The notes below the pieces were generated by a model that did no database searches, had not been told where the DNA came from, and saw nothing but the letters and a program-made list of their open reading frames with translations. A stretch of DNA of 34,028 bases from Chiloscyllium plagiosum. Its lineage: Eukaryota. The stretch is from contig NC_057756.1 in NCBI RefSeq assembly GCF_004010195.1, positions 4,495,936 through 4,529,963 on the forward strand, written 5' to 3'. Below, in pieces: positions 24,520 to 34,028 of the stretch. A program made the translations under genes and the position numbers. The stretch's first letter is position 1, and the number at the start of each line of letters is the position of its first letter.

Positions 24520-25353
24520 TGTTATGAAGTTGAAGGTGTGTGCTGTACCTTTAAGAGAGAGCGAGTTCTGTTCTGTGCGAGGGCTTACAAGCACTTGTGT
24601 CATATGACGAGATAACAATCTCAGACTGTACTTGAAAATTGATAATATGTAACATTTGGATGTGAAATAGATACCTGAGTTGTTTGCAGTTTTGAGAACA
24701 ATTCGAATTTAACCAATCCGTTGACATTATGGCCAAGGATACTATAACGCAAAGGAGTTTTAATTTATGACTTTATCAACATCGAAACAATGAGATGATC
24801 CGATGTTGGGGCAATAAAAAAGGCAGGCCGTTTAGAAGTCAGAGCTGAAAGTGTGTTGCTGGAAAAGCGCAGCAGGTCAGGCAGCATCCAGGGAACAGGA
24901 GAATCGACGTTTTGGGCATAAGCCCTTCTTCAGGAATAGAAGTCAGACAGTGTAACTGACATCGCGAAAGACCACTGATATTGGAACACTCTCAAGTAAA
25001 GGTATCTTTTCATATGATACATAATCGCAGGAAAAAACAGACACCCCAGCAAGATCTTCAGTGTGGTTTTGAAATTAAGTTAGTGCAATTTTGTAAGTGT
25101 TTTATTGGAACAGAATTTTGCTACAGAGTTGCAGGCAAATCATAAGCAGTAAACAGAAAAAGGGTGTTTAGAGTTTTGAATATTAGTTGTTTAATGTTCA
25201 CTTTTAGAATTAAAGAGTAAATTGATATCATTTTATTTAAATTTCGATTTTGGGAGTTCTCTGTAATTCTGACTTTGACATGTTATGAGGTGAGATGAGC
25301 TTCAGTGGGTGCTTATTTCAATTAACATAATGCTTCACTGCCCTGTCATAATA
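24520..25353 (+). repeat. 3' LTR of Gypsy element 2 (contains a Penelope-derived mini-insert)
   Basis: Starts tgttatg right after the purine tract; ends ..ttcactgccctgtcataata, matching the 5' LTR end ..ttcactgctgtactgtaaca. Confidence 0.75.
24844..24936 (-). mobile_element. 93-bp Penelope pseudo-LTR insert with 11-bp TSD
   Basis: Nearly identical to 33738-33830; flanked by tagaagtcaga at 24833-24843 and 24937-24947. Confidence 0.93.
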
Positions 25354-25588
25354 GTAAATAAATTGTTTTGTTTAAAACTAAGTGGTTTGGCCGCTGATTC
25401 TCTCCTCGAATATCCACTCTGCACATGCTTAAAACAACTAGCAATCTTATAGTCTGGGCTATCTTCTTGATATGTTTTGAGGAGTCTTACTTATTTCAGA
25501 ACAGATTGGGGGCTCTTTGCGGGATGTGTTCTACAATTTCAAATTAGGGTCAGAGTTGTTGGATTCGAAGGCAGTGATTGATGGATGT

Positions 25589-28500
25589 TAGAACAAAGAA
25601 CAAAGTAGATTTTCAGCCTAGGAACAGGCCCTTCGACCCTCCAAGCCGGAGCCGATCCAAACCTAAGCATCGTCCATTCCTAAGCATCTGTATCCCTCTG
25701 CTCCCCACCTACTCATGCATCTATCCAGACGCACCTTGAATTAATCTACCGTGCCTGCCTCGACCACCATTGTTGGCAATGCGGTCCAGACGCCCACCAC
25801 CCTCTGTGTGAAGTACGTGCTGCGTGCATCCCCCTTAAACTTTTCACCTCTCACATTGAAAGCGTGACATCTCGTTATTGAATCTTTCACCAGTGGGAGA
25901 AAGCTTGTCTCTATCCACCCTGTCTATACTCTTCATGATTTTGTAAACATCAATCAGGTGCCTCTCAAATCTCCTTTTTCTCTAATGAAAACATACATAA
26001 ACTACTCCACCTGTCTTCAAAGCTAGTACCTTCCATACTAGGCAACATCCTCGCAAACTTTCTCTGCTCCCTCTCCAAAGCATCCACATTCTTTTGGTTA
26101 TGTGGCGACCAGAACTGTGAACAGTATTCTAAATGCGGCCGAACCAATGTCTTGTACAATTTTAACATGACTTGCCAGCTCTTATATTCAATACCCCGTC
26201 CAATGAAGGCAAGCATACGATATGCCTTCTTGACCACTCTATTCACCTGTGCAGCAACCTTCAGGGTACATTGGGCCTGCACTCCCAGATCTCCATGCCC
26301 AACAACTTTTCCCAATGCGCTGCTGTTCATTGTATAATTTGCTCCAGTATTAGTCTTGCCTAAATGCATCACTTCGCATTTGTCTGGATTGAAATCCATC
26401 TGCCACTTTTCTGCTCAACTCTCCAGTCTATCTATATCTTCCTTTAAACTTTGACAGTCCCTTATGCTTTGTGCTACTCCACCAATCGTTGTGTCATCTG
26501 CAAACTTGCAGATCATACCAACAGTGCCCTCTTCCAGATCATTTATGTATATCACAGACAAAAGTGACCCCAACACTGACTCCTGTGGAACACCACTGGT
26601 CACCTTTTTCCATTTCACGAAACACCCTTCAACTACTACTCTCTGCCTCCTGTTGCTCAACCAGTTCCTTATCAGCCCATCTAGAACACCCTGAACAATA
26701 TGTGACTTCACTTTCTCCATTAGTCTACAATGGGGATCCTTATCAAATGCCTTACTAAATTCCACATATATGGCATCAACAATCCTTCCTTCATCTATCA
26801 ACTTGGTCACTTCCTCAAAGAACTCAATTAAGTTGGTAAGGCACGAACTCCCCCGCAAAAAACCATGTTGCCTATAACAGATAAGCCTATTCTTTTCTAA
26901 ATATAATTAGATCCTATCCCTCAGTATCCTCTCCAGGAACTTTCCCACCACTAATGTCAGGCTAACTGATCTGTAGTTACCCGGAATATCCCTACTACCC
27001 TTCTTGTACAGGGTTACAACACGCGCAACCTTCCAGTCTTCTGGCACCTCAGCTCTATTTTAGGATGCTATGAAGATATCTGTCAGGGCCACAGCTATTT
27101 CCTTTCTCACCTCCTTTAGCAACCTGGGATAGATCCCATCCGGTCCTGGGTATTTTGTCCATCTTAATAATCTCTAGTCTACCCAACACATCATCCCCAC
27201 CTATGTCAACGTGATCCAGACTAATCACACGTCTATCTCTAATCTCAAGATTCATTACTTTCCACTCCTCAGTGTAACTGATGCAAAGTAATCAATCAAC
27301 ATATCACCCATTCTCTTAGGTTCGACATACAGGCTTCCTTCATGTCCCTTTAGTGGACCAATCCTTTCTCTAATTAATAGCTTGATTCTTATATAAGAAT
27401 AAAATGTTTTGGGGTTCTCCTTAAGTCTGCTCGCTATTTCATGACCCCTTTTAGCGCGCTTGATCCGTCGATTGAGACTAGTCCTACTCTTCTAATATTC
27501 CTCCAAAGCCCATTCTGTTCTTAGCTGCCTAGACCTCATGTGCACTCCCATTTCCTCTTGGCTAGTCGTACAATTTATCCTGTTATCCACGGTTCACGAA
27601 TCTTGCCCTTCTTATACTTTGCCTTCAACGGGACATGCCTATCCTGCACTATCTTTTACCTCTCTTTGAAAGCTTCACACATATCGAATGTGGACTTCCC
27701 TTCAAATAGCTGTGTTCAATCCACATTTCCGAGCTTCTGCCTAATTTTTATATAACTGGCTTGCCCCACTTTAGTACTCTTCTCTTAGGACCACTGTCAT
27801 CTTTACCTCCGAGTATTCTAAACTTACAGAATTGTGGTCACTGTTCCCAAAGAAATCTCCCACCACAACTTCTACTACCTGTCCTGGCTCGTTCCCCAGT
27901 ACCACATTCAATATGGCCCCGTCCCTCGTTGGACTATTGACGTACTGCTCCAGAAAACTCTGCTGGACGCTTCTTACAAATTCTGCCCCATCCAGACCTC
28001 TGACACTAAGTGTATCCAAGTCCATGTTGGGAAAATTAAAATCTCCCATCACCACTACCCTTTTGCCTCTACATCTTTCCATAATCTGTTTACCCATTTG
28101 CTCTCTTACCTCACGCTAGCTGTTGGGAGGCCTGTAATACAGCCCCAACAACGAAACTGCACCCTTCTTATTTCTGAGCTCCACCCATAATGCCTCCCTA
28201 TCGAAGACCTCCATAGTGCCCTCCTTTCGCACATCCGTGACATCACCCCTGACAAGCAATACAACTCCAACCGCCCTTTTACTTCCCTCCCTGTCCTGCC
28301 TGAAGCGTCTATATCCTGGAAAATTTAGTTGCCAATCATGCTCTGCCTTCAACCAGGTCTCTGTGATTGCAATAAGTCATATTCCCAGGCACCAATCCAA
28401 ACTCTAAGCTCATCTGCCTTACACACTGTACACCTTGCATTAAAGTAGATGCATTTCAGGCCACCAGTTCTTTGCGTTCATCTGCTTTCTGCCTACTCTT

Positions 28501-30222
28501 TCCAGTATTAATGCTATTTTCATGATTCTTAAAGTCTCCAGTCTCCAACTCGCTGCCTACTTGTTTTCTCTTCTGGTTCCCAGCCTCCTGCCACATTAGT
28601 TTAAATTTTCCCAAACAGCAGTAGCAAAAATTGCCCAAGGGCATTGGTTCCAGTCTGTTTCAGATGTAGACCGTCCATTTTGTAATCGTCCCACCTTCGC
28701 CAGAACCGGTCCTAATGTCCAACAAATCTGAACCCCTCTTTCCGACACCAAGCCTGAAGCCACGTGTTCATCCTGCCTTTTTTTTTCATTTCTATGCTGG
28801 CTAGCACATGGCACTGGTAGTAATTTCGAGATTACTACCTTTGATGTCGTCCTCTTTAACTTCTCTCCTAGCTCCCTGAATTCTTCTTTCAGGACCTCAT
28901 CTTTTTTTTTTACTTATATCGTTGGTGCCTATGTGCACCAGGAAAACTGACTGTTCACCCTCCCCTTTTAGAATGCTCTGCAGCCGATCCTACGAAGGCT
29001 TAATACTCAAGTTAAAATTAGTGCAAACGTTTTGTGACAATACTTAGTTAGAAGTTAATGTCAAAAAGATGAAAGGTTTTCATTTTATGTACAGGAATAA
29101 AATGTTTATTTATAATAGCATGGTAAATTGGGAGGTAACATACCATCCAGGAGTCCCGTTTTCGACCACAGAACCGCCTATCTTCTCCCCTTACAATAGA
29201 ATCCCCGATGACTATGGCCCTACGTGTCTTTTTCCCGCCCTTCTGAACAGCAGTGCTCTACACACTGTCACCTTGCATTAAAGTAGATGCATTTCAGGCC
29301 ACCAGTTCTTTGCGTTCATCTGCTTTCTGCCTGCTCTTTCCAGTATTAATGCTATTTTCATGATTCTTACAGTCTCCAGTCTCCAACTCGCTGCCTACTT
29401 GTTTTCTCTTCTGGTTCCCAGCACCCTGCCACATTAGTTTAAATTTTCCCAAACAGCAGTAGCAAAAATTGCCCAAGGGCATTGGTTCCAGTCTGTTTCA
29501 GATGTAGACCGTCCATTTTGTATTCGTCCCACCTTCGCCAGAACCAGTCCTAATGTCCAACAAATCTGAACCCCTCTTTCCTACACCAACCCTGAAGCCA
29601 CGTGTTCATCCTGCCTTTTTTTTTTCATTTCTATGCTGGCTAGCACATGGCACTGGTAGTAATCTCGAGATTACTACCTTTGATGTCGTCCTCTTTAACT
29701 TCTCTCCTCGCTCCCTGAATTCTTCTTTCAGGACCTCGTCTTTTTTTTTACTTATATCGTTGGTGCCTTTGTGCACCAGGAAAACTGACTGTTCACCCTC
29801 CCCTTTTAGAATGCTCTGCAGCCGATCCTACGAAGGCTTAATACTCAAGTTAAAATTAGTGCAAACGTTTTGTGACAATACTTAGTTAGAAGTTAATGTC
29901 AAAAAGATGAAAGGTTTTCATTTTATGTACAGGAATAAAATGTTTATTTATAATAGCATGGTAAATTGGGAGGTAACATACCATCCAGGAGTCCCGTTTT
30001 CGACCACAGAACCGCCTATCTTCTCCCCTTACAATAGAATCCCCGATGACTATGGCCCTACGTGTCTTTTTCCCGCCCTTCTGAACAGCAGTGCTCACCG
30101 CATTGCCATGATCTTGACAACTGCTGCCCTCTCCTGGTGATCCATCTCCACGAACTGTATCCAAAATGGTATACCTGTTTTGGAGGGAGAAGACGGCAGG
30201 GGGCAGCTGCACTGCCTTCCGA
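25589..30222 (-). mobile_element. CR1 LINE (different subfamily, agaacaa tail) with ORF1 esterase-like part, APE endonuclease and RT; pseudogenised
   Basis: ORF1 RRAIVIGDSIVRG; APE GLYYRPPNS, VMGDFNFP, SDHN; RT SCLTNLIEFF..KAFD..GVPQESVLG..KFADDT; C-terminus LVRPHLEYCSQFWSP. Confidence 0.96.
28420..30096. repeat. Two-copy tandem duplication (~839/838 bp) inside CR1 ORF1
   Basis: Copy 1 is 28420-29258 and copy 2 is 29259-30096. ORFs 28456-28644 and 29294-29482 differ at only 2 residues. Confidence 0.97.
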
Positions 30223-31535
30223 CTCTTTTGTTTTGACCCGAGTGGGTCAAAATGGTTGGTTTAGACAGGGATTAGGATAGCAATGGGTCTTTAAGTCACC
30301 AAGAGTTTTCTGTGGGTAGAAGAAGTGACCTCGGTGTATTGCAAAAAGCAATTAAGCCCAAGCTGCTGGAATCAGCAGACAAGCTGGAACTGGAACTGCC
30401 TCCTTCCAGGAGGAAAAGAGAGATAATTACAGCAATAACTCAGCATGAAAAATTGAAGGAATAGCTATCAGAATCTTTCCAGATGGCTAAAATGCAATTG
30501 AAATGAAGCAGCTTGCGTTCAAGGCAAAAGAGAAGGAATTTCAGTTAAAATCAAAGGAGAGAGGTAAGGAAAGAGAGAGAGTGAGACGAGTAACTAAAGG
30601 TAAGACAGAACAAAAAGAAAAGAAAAGAGGAGAAAGCAAGAAAGAGGGTGAGTTTGAACTTTAGAAACTGGCACTTAAACAAGAAAGTCAGCTGAAAAGA
30701 ACGGGTATGAAGACTGAAGGTAAGCTTAGTGAGGAAGAGAATGAGGATAAGCAAAACCATAGTAGTCAAAGGCCTCGTGACGAATGCTTTAAATGCATTC
30801 ACGTATTGCCTAAATTTGATGATAAGAATGTGGAAGGTCATTCCTTCCCATATGAAAAATTTGGTAAACAAATGCGGTGACCAGTGACCATATGGGTTTT
30901 GTTAATCGATACAAGACTTGTTGGTAAAGCTATTGAGGTATTCGCATCACCATCAGAGGACGAATGTGGGACGTATGAGGAGATGATTAAAGCCATCTTA
31001 AATGCATATGAGCTTGTGCCGGAAGCCAGACAATGTTTTCCGAATCTAAGAAGGGAATCTGCTCAAACCTACATTGAGTTTCAAAGAATCACATGAAGTA
31101 ATTTTGCTCGGTGGATTAAGTTATGAAAAATAGAGCAAACCTACGACAGTCTTAGAGAGACAATTCTTTCGTAAAAGCTAAAAACATCACTTCCAAAAAT
31201 AATGAAATCTCTTGTGAATAACAAACAGTTAAATCGGATATGAAGAGCTAAAATGGCTGAGTTGGTCCATAAAGCAAAGTTTAACTTTCAGAATCAATTT
31301 AAATCTGGGCGAACCAGAAATTGGAAAACGAGAAATCCACACGTGGAAAGGAAAATGTGAATCTCGGTGAGGATCATAAAGGTAACTTATCACTGGGTAC
31401 AGAGACGTTGAAACGGTCTGTTGTTTTCACTGCGATAAATTAGATCACATGGAATTAAAGTGTTGGTGCATTAGGGGAATCACTGGAAGCCAGATGTATG
31501 AAAATAAGCGAACTCATCGAATTGTATTAGCGTGG

Positions 31536-31993
31536 TGTTATGGACAAGGCCAGATACCTCAAAACATTTCTAAGCAGGTAGGCCAGACTGTAACTCAGCT
31601 TTTTTTTTTTAAATCTCGTTGTAAATGGGTATTCATGCTGCTTCATTTGCAATTCAGTTCTATGGATCACTGCAGAAACTGATGGTGGGGTGGTGTCAGC
31701 AAATTTAAATGCGAGCTACTGCTGAAATCGTCTCATTCTTCCTCACATTGCAAGATAGCGTCAACTCTAGCTTCACTACTAATTCCCGCTGCTTGGTTAT
31801 ATTTGCTTTTTGTAAAACACCCAGAGTCACTTCTTCCACCTCCAGAAATTCCTCGATGACATAATGAGCCATTGCTATCTAAGCGTTGCTTAAAACAACC
31901 TGATCAACACCCCAAAAGAAGACACTAGCACCTACCACTCGTTGTTTCAAACTAACAATGAGCCCCCATTTTGTTATGGATTAGGCCGGACTC
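31536..31993 (-). mobile_element. Gypsy fragments: LTR end (31536-~31615), gag 5' end/leader, PBS (~31960-31968) and a second LTR end stub (31972-31993)
   Basis: tgttatggacaaggccaga and tgttatggattaggccgga are related LTR ends; gagccccca is the reverse complement of the PBS; gag start EFLEVEEVTLGVLQK. Confidence 0.75.
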
Positions 31994-31996
31994 ATT

Positions 31997-33570
31997 GAGT
32001 CATAGAGATGTACAGCATGGAAGCAGACCCTTCGGTCCAACCCGTCCATGCCGACCAGATATCCCAACCCAATCTAGTGCCACCTGCCAGCACCAGGCCC
32101 ATATCCCTCCAAACCCTTCCAATTCACATATACATCCAAATGCCTCTTAAATGTTGCAATTGCACCAGCCTCCACCACATCTTCTGGCAGCTCATTCCAT
32201 ACACGAACCACCCTCTGCGTGAAAACCTTGTCTCTTAGGTCTCTTTTATAACTTTCCCCTCTCACCCTAAACCTATGCCCTCTAGTTCTGGACTCCCCGA
32301 TCCCAAGGAAAATACTTTTTCTATTTATCCTTACCATGCCCCTCATAATTATGTAAACCTCTATAAGGTCACCCCTCAGCCTCCGACGGTGCAGGAAAAA
32401 CAGCCCAACCTGTTCAGACTCTCCTTATAGCTCAGATCCTCCAACCCTGGCAACATCCTTGTAAATCTTTTCTGAACGCTTTCAAGTTTCACAACATCTT
32501 TCTGATAGAAAGGAGACCAGAACTGCACGGAATATTCCAACAGTGGCCTAACCAATGTTCTGTACAGCTGCAACATGACCTCCCAACCCCTGTATTCAAT
32601 ACTCTGACCAGTAAAGGAAAGCATACCAAACGCCTTCTTCATTTTCCTATCTACCTACGACTCCAATTTCAAGGAGCTTATGAACCTACTATGTATCCAA
32701 CTGGCTAGTTCTGCCTGTATTCCATGAGATCTAACCTTGCTAATCAGTCTCCCATGGGGAACCTTGTTGAACGCCTTACTGAAGTCCATATAGATCACAT
32801 CTACCGCTCTGCCCTCATTAATCCTCTTTGTTGCTTCCAAAAACTCAATCAAGTTTGTGAGACATGATTTCCCACTCACAAAGCCATGTTGACTCTCCCT
32901 AATAAGTCTTTGCCTTTTCAAATACATGTTCATCCTTTCCCTCAGGATTCCCTCCAACAACTTGCCCACCACCGACGTCACTGGAGGCTGGCTTGTCCTT
33001 ACCACCCTTCTTAAACAGTGGCACCACCACAGCCAACCCCCAGTCTTCGGCACCTCACTTGTGACTATTGATGATAGAAGTATCTCATCAAGAGGCCCAT
33101 AAATTACTTCTCTAGCTTCCCATTGAATTCTTGGCTACACCTGATTAGGTCGTGAGGATTTATCTACCTTTACACGTTTCAAGACATCCAGCGCTTTCAC
33201 CTCTGTAATATGGACATTTTGCAAGGTGTCACCATCTATTTCCCTGCAGTCTACATCTTCCATATCCTTTCCACAGTAAATACGGATGCAAAATACTCGT
33301 TTAGTATCTCCCACATGTTCTGCGGCTCCACACAAAGGCCGCCTTGCTGATCTTTGATGGGCCCCATTCTCTCCCGATTTACTCATTTGTCCTTAATATA
33401 TTTGTAAAAATCCTTTCGATTCTCCTTAATTCTAATTCCCAAAGCTGTCTCATGTCCCCTTTTTGTCCACCTGATTTCCCTCTTAAGTAAACTCCTACTT
33501 CCTTTATACCCTTCTAGTGATTCACTCGATCTATCCTGTCTGTACCTTACATATACCTTATTGTTCGAAA
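31997..33570 (-). mobile_element. CR1 LINE 3' part with internal deletions
   Basis: Tail gagtcatagagatg; SQHGFVSGKSCLTNLIEF..MDFSKAFNKVPH joined at ~32690 directly to the C-terminal KKAFGMLSF..LEYSVQFWSP. Confidence 0.95.
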
Positions 33571-33574
33571 TCAT

Positions 33575-33735
33575 AAGTGCAGAAGAACAGACAGAAGGTT
33601 AGAGTTTCCCCGAGACTCGTATTCAACTCCTTCCTGAACTGGATTGAATTGCACAGCTGATGAGTTGGCCACGCCCCCTTAATTTTATCAGTTTTCTTTA
33701 AGACATGAATGTCTTAAGCTGGAGATATTACCTAT
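33575..33735 (-). repeat. Probable Gypsy LTR fragment
   Basis: cctgaactgg..ggccacgccc shared with the LTR remnant at 2319-2346. Confidence 0.45.
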
Positions 33736-34028
33736 GAGCTGAAAATGTGTTGCTCGAACAGCGCAGCAGGTCAGGCAGCATCCAGGGAACAAGAGAATCG
33801 ACGTTTCGGGCATAAGCCCTTCTTCAGGAATGAGGAAAGTGTGTCCAGCAGGCTAAGATAAAAGGTAGGGAGGAGGGACTTGGGGGAGGGGCGTTGGAAA
33901 TGCGATAGGTGGAAAGATGTCAAGGTGAGGGTGATAGGCCGGAGTGGAGGTGGGGGCGGAGAGGTCAGGAAGAAGATTGCAGGTTAGGAAGGCAGTGCTG
34001 AGTTCGATGGATTTGACTGAGACAAGGT
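33736..34028 (-). mobile_element. Penelope-like element 3' pseudo-LTR (runs off the window end)
   Basis: Reverse complement aligns with ~19000-19295 and 24844-24936. Confidence 0.93.
33800..33827 (-). ncRNA. Minimal hammerhead-ribozyme-like motif
   Basis: Minus strand CTGAAGAAGGGCTTATGCCCGAAACGTC, identical to 19200-19227. Confidence 0.65.

Larger units (their letters stand above)
20131..25353 (+). mobile_element. Gypsy LTR retrotransposon 2 (Gmr1-like), decayed, integrase core deleted
   Basis: LTR 20131-20694 (TG..CA); PBS-like tgggggtcgt ~20699; gag (LPYFDEKNVEAFCISFEKLA; AYELVREAYRKRFRN); protease-like ILLIDMGSND ~22465; TNMLKP at 22821; RT LDLQHRYWQVPL, KNAPATF, *LDD ~23380-23580; RNase H STIEKELL..FEHFNIYV ~24100; purine tract 24511-24519; LTR 24520-25353. 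Confidence 0.92.
25354..31530 (+). mobile_element. Gypsy element 3 fragment (LTR end, PBS, leader, gag) split by a CR1 insertion
   Basis: LTR end at ~25503; PBS tgggggctc 25507-25515; leader homologous to the element 1 leader resumes at ~30223; gag LPKFDDKNVE..IKAILNAYELVPEA; zinc-knuckle remnant CCFHCDKLDH ~31420-31450. Confidence 0.82.

Noticed and set aside
1..34028. CRISPR arrays, prokaryotic operons or defence systems, spliced host exons
   Set aside because: No repeat-spacer array, no intact ORFs, and no exon with recognisable host-protein similarity was seen.

Overview
Repeat-saturated vertebrate genomic DNA, most likely from an elasmobranch (shark/ray), judged by HE1-type tRNA-derived V-SINEs, CR1/HER1-type LINEs and Penelope-like elements. 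I find no intact gene and no convincing spliced host exon. Roughly three quarters of the window is nested, decayed retroelements: about nine CR1 segments, three decayed Gypsy-type LTR retrotransposons plus LTR fragments, four Penelope-like pieces with minimal hammerhead-like motifs, and two SINEs. Two of the Gypsy elements show the unusual Gmr1-type PR-IN-RT-RH order, and each has lost the integrase core at a different breakpoint. The AT-rich islands left between the repeats (585-2310, 8577-10600, 11860-12400, 13270-13570, 17780-20100) read as long, intronless, stop-interrupted protein-like frames on both strands. My best hypothesis, which is inference and unconfirmed, is an ancient endogenised large DNA virus (herpes/alloherpes-like) or giant element broken up by later insertions. 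Most boundaries were read by eye and are approximate.
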